64,000 nucleotides of DNA from contig CM069174.1 in assembly GCA_035221665.1 (NCBI GenBank), positions 10,168,001 through 10,232,000 of the forward strand. The letters run 5' to 3'. The DNA comes from Okamejei kenojei. Taxonomy: Eukaryota. This document shows positions 13,398-27,027 of the stretch, one piece after another. The position numbers were made by a program, and so were the translations under genes. Within the stretch, counting starts at the first letter, position 1; the number at the start of each line of letters is the position of its first letter. The notes under the pieces are model-generated. The model saw only the letters and a list, made by a program, of their open reading frames with translations. It was not told the DNA's origin and ran no database searches.

Positions 13398-15501
13398 AAG
13401 ACTTTGTTGTTATTACAGATTTGGAAGATCCTGGCATTAGCCTGTGTTGAGCTCACTGATCGCATTTGTAATGATGGTAATGGCCAACCTTACAATTAAC
13501 GCTCACGTCTCTAAGATAAGGAAAACCAGGATTCCATTCCCAGTCCAGGATCAGATCTGGCTGAAAAGCTCATTTAGTGTCTGACTCATAGGAAAGTACT
13601 GGACTTGGCTGTGATACCCTCCAGTGTACAATAGCTATCTGTACCTGCATTCCCAATCAACCAATGGTGAAAGACAGTTTTAAACATTAATCTCACCCAT
13701 GTAAACTGGAAGTACCAGGACCAATACCTGTCCCGTACCAGGTAAACTGATCTCAGCCTGAGCAGCAAATGGGCACGCAAATTGGTATCAGCATCCACGG
13801 ACTAGTGAGAGTGCAACCCACACTCCATTCCCACCTCTGGCTGATAGTCAAAGCCTCTTGCATATTGGAGGAGGAGAAATGTGGGTTTGGCTAAAACTTG
13901 GTTGTAATTTTCCCTCTCCACAGCCTTCTTAAACTTCACAACTGACATTATAGTAAAGAATACCTCAGTGCAAAGAAACCCACCCTCAGCCTGGGTCAGA
14001 ATCTTTCAGAGACAAGTAGTGAAAGGAACTGAAAATTGAATGTATTGATTTTGATCTGAGGCCCAATATGAGGCTTTATCCAGCTTTGTGCAAAATCATG
14101 CTGACACGCTACAGGGTGAAGTCACTGGTAGTGGCTAGTCTCTGGCAGACTTAATTGGCTTCTGAAGAGGTCTGGAGAAACCTGCTCCGAAACCCGTCAG
14201 CTGTGTGAAACATTTCACACAGAAGATAGATCCATTAAACTGTCCAAGCTTCCATAATCTACTATTTTTACTCAACAGTTTTATTTTAGAGACAGGTTTA
14301 CAATTGTGCCACGATAGACATATTCACCTGTCCAATTATGCCACCGACCAAACCACTGCATTTTCTTACAGTTTTAACAGTACAGGTGAGGTGGCACTAC
14401 ACCTGATTTTTTTTTTGTACAGCTCTCTCGAACACGCCAAGAGATTCATTCTGCTGGGATCCAGTAGCGCTATCATATCTGATATATAAAACAAGTCTGA
14501 AGAACAATATCAGGTCAGTGTTCAGTAATGAGGAGGGTCCTAACCAGACGCAATACTGTTACTATCCAAAGTGAAACTGTATAGTGAACGCAGGTCCATT
14601 GTCACTTTGCAACTATTCCACCTGAGGACACCCAATATAATACAAAACAGCTTTTGAAACTGTGATTCTTTAGTCTGCAGAGCTGGTAATGAAATAAACC
14701 TTACCTCCGAATTAAGATGTTGTTAATCATAAACATTGGATGCCAACAATTACATAGAAAATGACAAATGCAATAAAACAAGGTCTGAACACTAAGAAAG
14801 TGTGTTGGTACCAAGTTAAGTTAACTCTTTTATGAGGGAAAAAGAGACAAGGGGTTAGATTTTACAAACAAGGACCTCAGATGCTAGTTTATGCAAAAGG
14901 ACACAAAGTCCTGGAGGAGCTCAGCAGGCCAGGCAGCATCTCTGTGCCCCAAGGGGTTAGATTATTTGTTCTTCCATGGTGGCAATTTAAATCCCCGTCA
15001 CATTTTGTATCATGCATTCCTGATCTCAAATTAAAGAATCAACAATCTTATAGTACGGAATGAGGCCATTCAGTCCATCAAATCTGTGCTGGCTCGCTAT
15101 TGGAGTTGTCCATTTCCATCCACTTGTTCTTGCCTCATTTACTTTTTTTATATTTTTGTTCATAAACTTTCAATTGCTTTTCAAACTTCTCTGCGACAGT
15201 AGCTACATGTGGCAAACTGTTCCACGTCCTGACAACTCGCTGTGTGCAAAGAAATTATCGCCTGAAGAAGAAAGTTCGACAACTCTGAGGCCGCGGCCCC
15301 TTCTTCACCGATTCACCAACGAGTACAAACAATCTCTCCCTTTTCACTTTCCCAGAAGCTTTTAACGTCGTTCTGCCTCATGCAAATTTGCCGTAAGACC
15401 ACCTGACCCCACCCCCCTAACCCTGATGACTTACTTTGTGATTTATATAAATACTTACGTTTCGTATGGTGGCGGGCATCAGCTGCTATTTCACTATGTG
15501 C

Positions 15502-15513
15502 ATATATATATAC

Positions 15514-15555
<42 letters not shown>
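15502..15555. repeat. (TA)n microsatellite
   Basis: Direct reading of the sequence. Confidence 0.95.
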
Positions 15556-15562
<7 letters not shown>

Positions 15563-16112
15563 CCTTCAAGTATAAAAGATTATTGCAGGGCATCCCGTTT
15601 GACATGATGTAGCAGCGTCGCGGCTTTGCAAATATGTCAAGAGGGGGCTGGCAGACAGATTGTCATCAGAACCACTTTCAATATGTTTAACTTTCATTCA
15701 TTACTGCAGAACCCGGATCAACCAGTCCGAGAGGAAAATGAAAACAGCAGGGCGAAACATACTCTGTTGCATATTCCCGACCCCGAAACATGCATTTATA
15801 AATCAGAACATTTGCAGCATGTAAATCAGAAAGAAAGCCGATTTGTTTTTTGTTGTTGTTTTGACATGTCATGAAAAACTACGCCCGTTTTTTTCAAAAA
15901 TAAAATAAGACGCAGTCCGTCTGCACCCAGTTAATAGTGCAGGCTGGGCACATGCAAAGATTGAAATCGCTCAGAATTAATAATGCCGCACATACTAGAC
16001 TGAAATTGAACTACAAAAACAATCAAGGGAAGGATTATTCCCTATGCCATTGCGATCGTTACATTTATTTAGATCCGTCACCTTTACTTAAAATGATTAG
16101 GAAGAGACTGAC

Positions 16113-16185
16113 CGATGATTTCCTGAAGCTCATAGGCATCTCTTGAATTTGGCCACTGGGACCCGGCGAGCAGCTCTTCCGCCAT
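16113..16185 (-). CDS. STK39: STK39/SPAK-like Ste20 kinase, coding exon 1 (MAEELLAGSQWPNSRDAYELQEII-G)
   Basis: ATG at 16185 in agcatcATGG context. 73 bp (24 codons + 1 nt) followed by GTCAGT donor. WPxxRDAYELQExIG matches the SPAK kinase-domain start. Orthology versus a paralog is unresolved. Confidence 0.85.
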
Positions 16186-16260
16186 GATGCTGTGAGTCAC
16201 AATGCGGCGAGAGGCAGCTGTGGACAGAGCGCTCAGCAACTTTATATATACACAGACACA
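16186..16260 (-). promoter_or_regulatory. Putative TATA-containing core promoter/short 5' UTR of the kinase gene
   Basis: TATATATAAAG on the - strand at 16240-16250, about 55 nt upstream of the ATG. AP-1-like TGACTCA at 16193-16199. CpG-richer sequence and a GC box lie further upstream (about 16400-16900). Confidence 0.45.
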
Positions 16261-16628
16261 CACGCATACACACAGCTCACAATATGAGAACAGGGACCGT
16301 TTAGCTAACTGCTCGTCACTATTTTCACACATACATAACGAGTCTTTCATTGTCACTCAGTCGTCTAATCGACAAGTTTGCCATTGCTATATTTCTCTAA
16401 AACTAACAATGGTTCGTGCAACGCCCGCCTGTGAGGTGGCACAGGACGCTGGGTCCCGTTGGTGCGAATGTCCACATCGCGATAAGAGGTGTCCCTGAAA
16501 GCACAACAAATGTCATTCGGCCTCATTTTCCCCCCGCAGTCACCCTCACCCTCTCCCTCTCTTTCCACCCGGTAAGGGAGGAAACCCAGGCCGGACTCGC
16601 GGTTCCCTGGGCTCCGCCCCTCCTGGCG

Positions 16629-16629
<1 letters not shown>

Positions 16630-16660
<31 letters not shown>

Positions 16661-16672
16661 TGTGTGTGTGCG
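16630..16672. repeat. (TA)n followed by (TG)n microsatellite upstream of the kinase gene
   Basis: Direct reading of the sequence. Confidence 0.95.
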
Positions 16673-17667
16673 TGTAAGTGAGACGTGAGTGAGTGCCCGC
16701 CGTGTTGAAGCGAGATAAGAATAATGGGGGAACATTATCACTCCCTTGTTTTATTTCCTGGTCTTTGCAGCAAAGCATCAGCGGCAGAGGGAAGCGTTTT
16801 GTTGTTGTCCGGCGTCCCTTGGTTTCTAGGGTGACGGAAGGGGATATTGAAACGTCAAACATCTACCTCTAGCCCCGGGCAGGCAGTTGCTCCCGGGAAG
16901 GCAGGTGGTTGGCATTTCCAAACGGAAATCGTTCTGTCGGTCAGGGCCACCCGTCCTGCCCCTGGGATCACGATCATTCCCCTCCTCCCCGTTTCCCCAA
17001 CCAATCTAACGGACCAAGCACATTGGCAGGAACTCAGCACCACTCTGAATATTCAAAGCCATCGGTGCGGGGCCTGGAACAGGTGCAAGTGTCCCCTGTC
17101 CAAACTTACACCTACATAGAGACCAGACGCGAAACTCACCCATTAGTGTTTAAAAAAAATCACAAGTACAAGATAGCCTTGCAAAAGGGTCCCGACCCGA
17201 AACGTCACCTAGCCATGTTCTCTTGACTCGCTGAGTTACTCAAGTTCTTTATGTCCTTTTGGGTAAGCCAGCATCTGCAGTTCCTTGTTTCTACATCTAG
17301 CTAGTCTTGCATTTCTGTAGAAGCAGCAGATATCTATTTAAGAAAGGCTTCAAGGAAAAGTCTTGGAATTACAGACCTGTAAGCCTCACAACTATGGTGG
17401 ATATGTGACTGGAAAGGCTTCTGAGAGACAAGGTCTACATGCATTTGAAAGGTGAGGGCAGAAAAGGGATAGTCAGCATGGCTTTGTGCCAGGTTCATTT
17501 TCATTTAGATTTCGAAGTATTTGCAGTGATTTGATTTCCATTGAAATAATATAGGTCCTCCCCAGGTTACAAACTCCTGACTAACGTACAACGTGTACAA
17601 ATGAGCGAGTGTTTAAGAGACCGGTGGAATGGATTTGCCAATCACTGCGGAACTGCAGGCTTCTTTA

Positions 17668-17932
17668 CTTTAGACTTTAGAGATAGAGCCGACCAGTGAT
17701 CATCCCGTACACTACACAACAGGGACAATTTTTTACAATTACAGAAGCCAATTAACCAACAAACCTGTACGTCTTTGGATTGTGGGAGAAAACCGGAGCA
17801 CCCTGAGAAAACCCATACAGTCACAGGGAGAACGTGCAAACTCCACATAGACAGCACCCGTAATCAGGATCGCACCTGGGCCACTGACGCTATAAGGCAG
17901 CAACTATACCGCCACTGTGACACTGTGCTGCC
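17668..17932 (-). mobile_element. HE1-like V-SINE
   Basis: Homologous to 1826-2127. Confidence 0.75.
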
Positions 17933-17989
17933 ATGTGGTAACTGCCATGTGGTAACTGTCACCTAGCCATGTTCTTGCTGGGGTGGACG

Positions 17990-18600
17990 TATACAGAAGG
18001 GTGATAGAGAGCTGAGGAGCATGGTATCAGGACAACAACCTCCCTCTTAATGTCATCAAAATAAAGGACTGGTCATTGACTTCAGGACAAGGAGTGGACT
18101 ACACACCCCAGTCTTTATCAATGGGTCTAAAGTGGAGGTGCATATGAGTTTCAAGTTCCTAAATGTAAATTTCACCAACAATGTGACCTGGTCCAACCAT
18201 ATTGATAACACCTAAGAAAGCACACCAACATCTCTACTTCCTCAGAAGATTAAATACATTTGGCATGTCTCCAATGACTCATCAGTTTCTACAGATGCAC
18301 CATAGAAAGCATTCTATCAGGATACATCACAGCTTTGTATGGCAAATGCTCTGCCCAAAACAACATGAAATTGCAGAGTTGTGAATGACAGTCTATCGTA
18401 CAAAGCAGCCTCCCCCCTCCATTGGCTCCATCTTTGTTTCACACTGCCTCGGGAAAGCAGCCTACATCATGGACCGCTCACAGCCCAGTCATTCTCTTCT
18501 CCCCTCTCCAGTCATGTAGAAGACACAAAAGGTTGAGAGCATGTACCACCAGATTCAAGAACAGCTTCTTTCCCACCATTATCAGATTCTTGAACTGACC
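17990..18600 (+). mobile_element. Degenerate non-LTR retrotransposon, Rex1/Babar-like 3' RT region (relatives on - at about 45330-45570 and 48530-48780)
   Basis: KKAHQHLYFLRRL...FGM and RFKNSFFP-type motifs. Confidence 0.5.
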
Positions 18601-20265
18601 TCTCAAGGGCCTGAGCTATATGGAGAGGTTGAGCAGTATAGGTTCCTTGGAGCGCAGGAGGATGAGGAATAATTGTATAGAGATGTACAAAATCATGAGA
18701 GGAATAGATTGGGTAAATGCAGAGTCTTTTGCCCAGAGTAGGGGAATCAAGAACAACAGAACATAGGTTTAAGGTGAGGGGAGAAAGATTTAACAGGAAG
18801 CTGAGGGGTAACTTCTTTACACACTGATGGAGAAATATCAATTTATATGTATGATTTTTTTCCTCGCACTTGTAATGAGTGAAATTAAATTTTAGATCAA
18901 GTTGAACCTTTGTTTCAAAGGGTTATTATGTGGTCAAAGACCCATCAATTGAATTAATATCAGGTGTGAACATGAATTTGAGCTTAAATTACTTAGTAAT
19001 AAACTCCTTTGTTGGTTGATTAACTTACAGTCACTTAACCAAAATTGATAAAAAGTAAATCAATTTTATTATTTTATGTTAGCCGTTCTTTTGTCTCCTT
19101 CAGCACTGCATACTGCAAGTAGTTATCACACTGAAGCACTGTGGATCGTTCTTATGGGTTTACATTAACAACTTTTTTATCAAATTGTGGTTGTATAAAA
19201 CTAGGACATTACAGGATGTATCACAAACAACAGGGCAGGATATGCACATCCTTGAACAAATGCAGTACAATACAAACTGGGTTATGGAACCATTGTATGT
19301 CTTTGCTGTTTGGCAAAACAGAAATGTTTTGTTCTTTTAACTTAATCCATTGACCAATTTTTGATTCATAATTTTCACTCTGGAAGCATACAAAGAGAAA
19401 TATGTGAAAATGTTTTTTACCTGCACTACAGTTTATTGTAAATTATAAATACAAAATGGAGCCATGCTGAGCTGTTTAAAAACAGTGCTACAGAAAGTGG
19501 CTAATGCACCATATCATTGCCAGAACACAAATACCAATATCCGTGTTGGCATTTTGGATTAAGTTATAATTGATACATTTTGAACTTGTCAAATTAGCAG
19601 ATTAACAAGATGGTTTGGCAGTGAATGTCAGGTACTGTATTCTCAGTTCAGATAACATAGTCAGGTATGAAGCTCCCTCCATTTTGCTTTATTGTATTCT
19701 GACACGACTTTATTGTATTTTGACATAGGTTTAAGGTGATGGGGGAAAGATTTAATAGGAACCTGAGGGGTAACCTTTTCACACATAGAGTGGTGGGTGT
19801 ATAGAACGAGCTGCTCCGGAGATGGTAGTTGGGGCAGGTACTATCGCAACGTTTAAGAAATGTTTAGACAGGAACATGGATAGGACAGGTTTAGAGGGAT
19901 TTGTGCCAAACGCAGGCAGGTGGGACTAGTACAGATAGAACATGTTGGTCGGTGTGGGCAAGTTGGTTTGGAGGACTTGAGTTGTAAGGAGAGATTGGAT
20001 AGGCTGGGTCTGCTTACCCTGGTATGAAAGAAGCTGAAAGATGATACTATAGAGGTATCTAAAATTCTGGGAAACCAGAGTTTATTTTACATGGCCGAAA
20101 TATCTGAAACTAGAGACCATAGGTATAAAGTGGAAGGTAGGAAATTTAAAAGGAATCTGATGCGTAGGTTTTTCACACAGATTAGTTGGTATCTGGAATG
20201 AGCTGCCAAAGGAAGTGATGGAGGCAGGAACAGTACCATCCTTTAAGAGGCATCTGAATAGGTAC

Positions 20266-20803
20266 TTAGAAACATAGAAAATAGGTGCAGGAGTAGGTCC
20301 TTCGGCCCTTCGACCCTGCACCGCCATTCAATATGATCATGGCTGATCATCCAACTCAGTATCCTGTACCTGCCTTCTCTCCATACCCCCTGATCCCTTT
20401 AGCCACAAGGGCCACATCTAACTTCCTCTTAAATATAGCCAATGAACTAGCCTCAACTACATTCTGTGGCAGAGAATTCCACAGATTCACCACTCTCTGT
20501 GTGAAAAATGATTTTCTCATCTCGGTCCTAAAAGACTTCCCCCTTATCCTTAAACTGTGACCCCTTGTTCTGGACTTCCCCAACATCGGGAACAATCTTC
20601 CTGCATCTAGCCTGTCCAACCCCTTAAGAATTTTGTAAGTCTCTATAAGATCCCCCCTCAATCTTCTAAACTCCAGCGAGTACAAGCTGAGTCTATCCAG
20701 TCTTTCTTCATATGGAAGTCATGCCATCCCAGGAATCAGTCTGGTGAACCTTCTCTGTACTCCCTCTATGGCAAGAACGTCTTTCCTCAGATTAGGAGAC
20801 CAA
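20266..20803 (-). mobile_element. Young CR1 LINE 3' fragment nested in older CR1 fragments (about 19725-20930)
   Basis: YSLEFRRLRGDLIETYKILKG...TRGHSLRI...FFTQRVVNLWNSLP, with a (TTCTATGT)-type tail. Related copies at 23005-23265, 32160-32525 and 46090-47110. Confidence 0.9.
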
Positions 20804-23354
20804 ATGAATGAGCAAGGACTGATATGGAATTAATACAGGCAATTGGTATTAATATAGATGAATATAGTGGTCAACATAGACACGGTGGGTTGAAGGGCCA
20901 GGTTTCTATGCTGTACAAACTCTATAACTCTATATAGTCATCCTTTAAATGTCAACTATAGTTTACTTACTGGACAAAAGCTCAGAGTCTGGGCCTATCT
21001 GAAGAAGGGTCCTGACCCGAAACATCGTCAATTCATTCCCCCCACAGATGATACCTGACCCACTGAGTGCCTTCAACACTTTATTTTTTGCTCAAACGTT
21101 CAGAGACAGAGGCCCTGATATCAAGGCAGCATTTGACCAAGCGTGCGGCATCAAGGAGCTCCAGTGAGGTTGAAGTCAATGGAAACCAGCAAGTCAAAAC
21201 TCTCCACCAGATGGGGTAGTACCTCTCCTTTTCTAAAGATGGTTGTACTTCTTTGAGGCAATTATCTAAGACCCAGGACATTGTAGCAGGCACACCTCAG
21301 GGCAGGGCTCTGTGGTCAACTGTCTTCAGCTGCTTCCTCAATGACCTTCTCTCATTCATAAGGTCAAACGAGTGGGTGTTCACGAGTAAGTGGGTGCTTG
21401 GTGGTCAGCATGGACTCAGTAGGTCGAAGGGTCCGTTTCCACACTGTATCTCTCCATGACTCAAATATTGTGCAATCTTCAGTTCTATATGCAGTTCCTC
21501 TGAAAACGAATCAGTCCATCACCACTTTAGATAATGTTCAAAACATTTATTTTGCAAAAATGTACATTCTCCCTGTCATATTGGTGACTTCGCAAAGTGT
21601 TGTTCAGCGACCTTCTGAAGTATTTAATCTCTGCTCCTAATATAGGATTTTATACTGGTTAATGACAGGTAATACATTTTGAGATATCAAGTACTGAAAT
21701 GGAAATATACAGTAAATGCCAGGGATCTCAGGAGTGTTGATGTACAGAGAGGCCTGAGGTGCAAGTTCATAGCTCTTTGAAAATGGTAACGCAAGTGGAT
21801 GGAGTGAATGGTGACACAGTGAATGTGGCAGGCTTGCCTTCGTAGGCTGAGGCATTAAGTATAAGAGTTGGGATGTCATGCAGCTGTATGAAACATTGGT
21901 CAGACTGCACAGAGTATAATGTACAGTTCTAGTTGCCACACTACAGAAAAGATGTGGTAGCAATAGAAAGTGCAGAAGAGATTCGTCAGAATGTTGTCTG
22001 GAATGGAAGGCTTTACTTACAAGGAGAGGCTGGATACCCCTCTGTTTCACTAGAAGCTGTCAGTCAAACATGTTTATTATGTTTAATCGGATGCCTGGAA
22101 ACCATGGTGAAAAATCTCACTCCACCTAAATGCCAGAATCGTTATATTCATCATGATCTAGGTGCTGTACCTTCCTAATGAATAAGGGAATGTTTGCTAG
22201 AATGTTATATTTGGCAAGAAAACTCTGTATGCTGTAAGATGGGGGAGTGCCTGTGGGGTTGGGGTGTGGGGGAGGAGCAGTAGGAGAGCAGAGGAAACTG
22301 ACACATAAAATAAATTGGCTCTAATTATGCAAAACAAGGAAGTTAGATGCTAATAAATCTCCATGGCATTATATTTTCTACATTCAAACTGTAAATCAGC
22401 TCTTTTAATTGCTCAGTAAGTTTAGCCAGTGAATAAAAGCAACCAGAGTGGTAGAACATAACGGGGTGATCATTGCCCATCAGCAATCCACAGCATGGGA
22501 GAAGGATTTTGGCCTGCATATAATTCAACTCCTCTACTGGCAGAAGACAGTATCATTCACTGCGGACACAATTGTGATCCAACAGCTCCCTGAATATGAC
22601 TGTCAAGATTCATACATGATGAATTGGTGTTTGAGTGTGGTACAATGGACTGTACCACAAAAGTGTAGTATTGGGCGCTACCTCTGAGAGGGAAGAAAAA
22701 TATTAATATCTGTTCTGTATCATACATCATGCCAATTTCTCAAATTGTATTGTAACGATTATGGAAATTGAGCTGTTTATTTCAGGGCAGGGCTTATTAC
22801 ATCTTGGGTTTCTACCAATACTGCTAAATTGTTTAAGATGCATGCTGGTTATACAAGGCAGTGCTGAAAGCTTTCTCTCTCTTAATATATCCTGCAACAA
22901 ATGGTTGCTATTCCTTTGATAATATTTTTGAATATTATGTGAGATATTGCAAGTATTACAGATAAAGGGGATAGTTTTCAAGTCAATCTTGGGTTTGATT
23001 TGGATTTAAACTGAGATGAGGGAAATCTTTTTCACCCAGAGAGTTGTGAATCTGTGGAATTCTCTGCCACAGAAGGCAGTGGAAGCCAATTCTCTGGATG
23101 TTTTCAAGAGAGTTAGATTTAGCTCTTAGGGCTAAGGGAATCAAGGGATATGGGGAACAAACCAGAACGGGGTACTGATTTTGGATGATCAGCTATGACC
23201 ACATTGAATGGCGGTGCTGGCTCAAAGGGCCGAATGGCCTACTCCTGCACCTATTTTCTATGTTTCTAAACCATAAACTACAGTTTGCTGAATGGGAGAG
23301 AGGAGTCCTTAGGCAAACAATATGCTGTCAACAACTCATTTGTTGGCATATCAT

Positions 23355-23535
23355 GTCAGCTCACATTGTAGTCCTCTTGCCTCTGAGTCAGAAGGTTGTA
23401 CATTCAAGTTCAGGGCTAGAGAATCGAGCAAAAAAAACATGACCAACATTTCAGTACCATACTGAGGGAGTGTGCACCTTTGAAGCTACTGTGGCTCAGA
23501 TGCTAAACCAAGGCTTGTCAGTCTGTTAGATCGAA
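23355..23535 (+). mobile_element. Old DeuSINE/SacSINE-like fragment
   Basis: CTTGCCTCTGAGTCAGAAGGTTGT head and ACTGAGGGAGTG core, matched from memory of the family only. Confidence 0.4.
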
Positions 23536-24989
23536 TGGGACTATTATGTTTTAATTCACTTTTTGGAACATGGGCATCATTGGTAGGGCCAGCATTTTAT
23601 GTTCACATCTAATTGCCCTGGAGAAGGTGGTGGTGAGCTATCTTCTTGAACCGATGCAGCCATTCTGGTGAAGATGCACTCATAATGAAGAGAGTTGGAC
23701 CCAGTGATGATCAAAGAACAGCAATATATTTCCAGGTCAGGACAATGTGCCGCTTGGAAAGAAACCTGCAGGTGGCAGTGTTGTCTTGTGCTTGCCACCC
23801 CTGTCCTTGGTGGGAGAGGTGAATGGTTTGCGTCTTGCAACCACAGAGTGCCAGTGGTGGAGGGAATAAATGTTGAGGGTGGCGGATGGGGTGCCAATCA
23901 AGCAGGCTGCATGATATTAAGCTTCTTGAGTATGTTGGAGCTGCATTCATCCAGACAAGTAGAGGATATTCCATTACGCTTCTGACTTGTGCCTTACTGA
24001 AGATAGAAAGGCTACGGGATGTCAAGACGTGAGTCACCTGCCGCAGAATACCCAGTGTGTGACCTGCTCTTGGAGTCACAGCATTTATGTGGCTGGTCCA
24101 GAGGCAGCAACTATTGAAGGCAAGTGCAATCAGGCTCCATTATACGGGGAGGTATTTGAGATGCTTCAAAGAGGTGCAATGCCATTTATAAGGCATGTTT
24201 ACTTCACTACTTAAAATGACGATTGGCTAAAAGACCTCAATGTTACATAGGAGCAACATATGATAGCATTAAAATTCGCAAAAAGTGTTATAGTTTCAGA
24301 CTTAAAGCCAACTCTCCACATAAACTAATATGAAGTATTTAATGCCTCATCTTTTTCTGAAGCTTCCATCCCAGTGAATTGAACCTGCTGTTATCATTCT
24401 ATGATGATTATTATGTTCTTATAGTTTTCTACCTCCAACAAACACAACTATTAATATTTGTGCAAAATATGACTACAGCCATTGGAACATTTTCCCTTTA
24501 ATGCCGATTGACTTCAGTTTTACCAGAGCTCCTTGATGCCACACTGGGTCAAATTCTTCCTCGATATCAAAGGCAATTGATGTCAATTTTACCTCAACTG
24601 TAGAATTTAGCTCTTTGTTCCATGTTTAGGCCAAGGCTTTGATGAGGTCAGGATCAGACTGGTCCTCGGTGAGTGAGTTATTGATGAGTAAGTGGGAGCA
24701 CTGTCAATGACACCTTCCATCACTTTGTTGATGATTGAGAGCAGGCAGATTGGATGGTGTTGGTTATATTCCTATAGTTTTGTACCTCCAATGTCAAATG
24801 TCCATTACATTAACACTTTTCTGATATCATGATATGTTCTATAACAAAATAACTAATGAATAGATGAGCCAAAGAGTGAATACAGATGCGAAGTATTAAT
24901 TGGATTTCTTGTCTCTGTTCTCTTGTTCCAAACACAGATTGCCCTTTAGACCCCCAATGGACTTCACTCTACCACAGTTCCCTTGTTGT

Positions 24990-25463
24990 CAAGCTGGAAA
25001 GGGTGTAGAGAAGATTCGCAAGGATGTTGTCAGTATTCGAGGGCCTGAGCTATAGGGAGAGGATGAGTAGGCTATGACTTTATTCATTGGAGCGCAGGAG
25101 AATGAGGGGTGATCTTACAGAGGTGTACAAAATCATGAGAGAAATAGATAAGGTCAATGCACAGCGTATTTTATCCAGAGTAGAGGAATTGGTTTGTGTT
25201 TAACGTGAGGGGGGAAGATTTAATGTGAGGGGCAACTATTTTTATACAAAGGGTGGTATGTGAATGAAATGAGCTGCCGGAGGTGGTAGTTGAGGCAGGT
25301 ACTATCCTAATGTTTTAAAGGTATTAACACAGATACATGGATAGGATAGGTTTAGAGGGATATGGACCAAACACAGGCAGGTGGGACTAGTGTAGATGGG
25401 GCATGTTAGTAGGTGTGGATAAGTTGGACCGAAGGGCCTGTTTCCGCACTGTATGACTCTATG
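24990..25463 (+). mobile_element. CR1/HER1-type LINE 3' fragment (second subfamily; relatives at about 18600-18820, 19725-19970, 31660-31860, 54380-54650, 56595-56850)
   Basis: LERRRMRGDLTEVYKIMR and the shared GAAGGGCCTGTTTCC tail. Confidence 0.8.
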
Positions 25464-25869
25464 ATTTGATCAGGCTTCCCCCATTTTCACTTTTCTGTGC
25501 CTGCAATACACTTCCTTCTTTAGTTTTATTTAACCCTCAATATCCCTTGACATCCAGGGTTGCTAAGACTGGCTGTCTTGTTACTTTTTACTTTTTTGGG
25601 ACGACAGTGGCCCTGAACTCTCACTATTTCACATTTGAACAACTCTTACTTGTTGAATGCATATTTGTCTGCAGTAGCTGCTCCCAGTCTATTTTATTTC
25701 GGAGTCACGTGCGTGACTTCGTGAAGACTCCGCCAGCATGCATGCGCGACATATCGTCACTCGCATTTGCTGTCGACAGGCTGGGGGGGGAGTGCGCTCT
25801 CTCCACAGCTCCTTCAGAAAGACCGTTAAGGTAAGTACACTAACCTTAAGCTGGTTGCAGGTACACGCC

Positions 25870-26859
25870 ATGGAAGGACAAGGTAAAGGGAAGGGAAGCT
25901 TCCCAAGAGCCGCGGGACGCCGACAGGCCAGCGGCCACTTTCCCCGGAGCTGCGAGAACCGCCGGCAGCATCCGGACGGCCGGGGGGAAAAGGTGCGTAA
26001 GTTGGGCGCATCTGTGACACCAGCGCCCAACTTATCTCCAGAATGGACGTCCGCACTGGAGCAGGATATCCCAGATCCTGACTTCATTCCCCCATCTCCC
26101 AGGAAGCGGGGGAGCAAGGTACGTGGGGACGTGCCTCGCACATCAACGGCGGCATCACCCCGTGTTGTCCAGGATCCACGGGGGCCGAGCCGGGTACCGA
26201 CTGTGCTACAGTCGTATGAGCCTGCAGGAGCAGTTGCCCACGACGACCTACCACCGGACCCTAGTCTACACCTGATGAGGGTGTGGTCTGCTGGTGGAAG
26301 CCCCGGAGAAATTGCAGAGCCTGGGGAGGTCGGCTTGTCCGCCGCGAGTAACGGGGACGGTCGCATTGCCCGGTTGGAGCTCTTGGTGGAGCAACTGGTC
26401 CAACGGGATATGGACCGGGATGAACAGCAGTCTCAGACCTCCACAAGTCACACCAGGAGACCGCCTAGCATATCGTCTTCTCCAGCCAGCCATACCAGAA
26501 GCTGCCGGGATACTGACTTCGATGTCAAACCAGGGATGCAGGACATCCGCCTACAGCGCATCCTCAAACTCCTATCGACGGGCATTACAGCATTTGCCAG
26601 GTCCCTCGATGGGCACTTCTGCAATGCGCAGTTCGAAATTAACTGCCTTCGTAAGAGCTCCATCCGGCCGACACTCAACCCGAAATTTGCAGGGTTGTGC
26701 CGTACCTCCACCACTCCGCCATCTCATCAGCTGTTTGGGGATGATCTCGGGGAAAGAGTCAAAGACATGGACGAGGAGGCCAAGACCGTTGACCTTATGA
26801 AACCACCACCGGCTAAAGTTTACCCATACCAACGACAACAGCCGTATCTTACCTGGTAA
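25870..26859 (+). pseudogene. DIRS ORF1 (gag-like)
   Basis: Open frame of about 330 codons. The C-terminal ...NCLRKSSIRPTLNPKFAGLC...QLFGDDLGERVKDM motif is typical of DIRS gag-like proteins. Confidence 0.7.
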
Positions 26860-27027
26860 CCACGCCAGCCGGATAGACCACCAAGGACCTTTCCACCTCC
26901 ACTTCCTCAACAAACGCGGCCTTTTTTAGGACAAGGCCTGCAGAGGCCCGCATGGAAGATGTGGCCACAGCCACGACCAGCTACACCACATCCCCCCACA
27001 ACGCCATCCACCAAGAACCGCCCTTGA

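Noticed and set aside
15453-15479. Possible alternative kinase first exon (ATG CCC GCC ACC ATA CGA AAC | GTAAGT on -)
   Set aside because: It ends in phase 0, whereas exon 2 needs phase 1, and there is no other support.
25689-26913. Antisense and alternate-frame ORFs over DIRS gag
   Set aside because: GC-rich shadow frames with no recognisable motifs.
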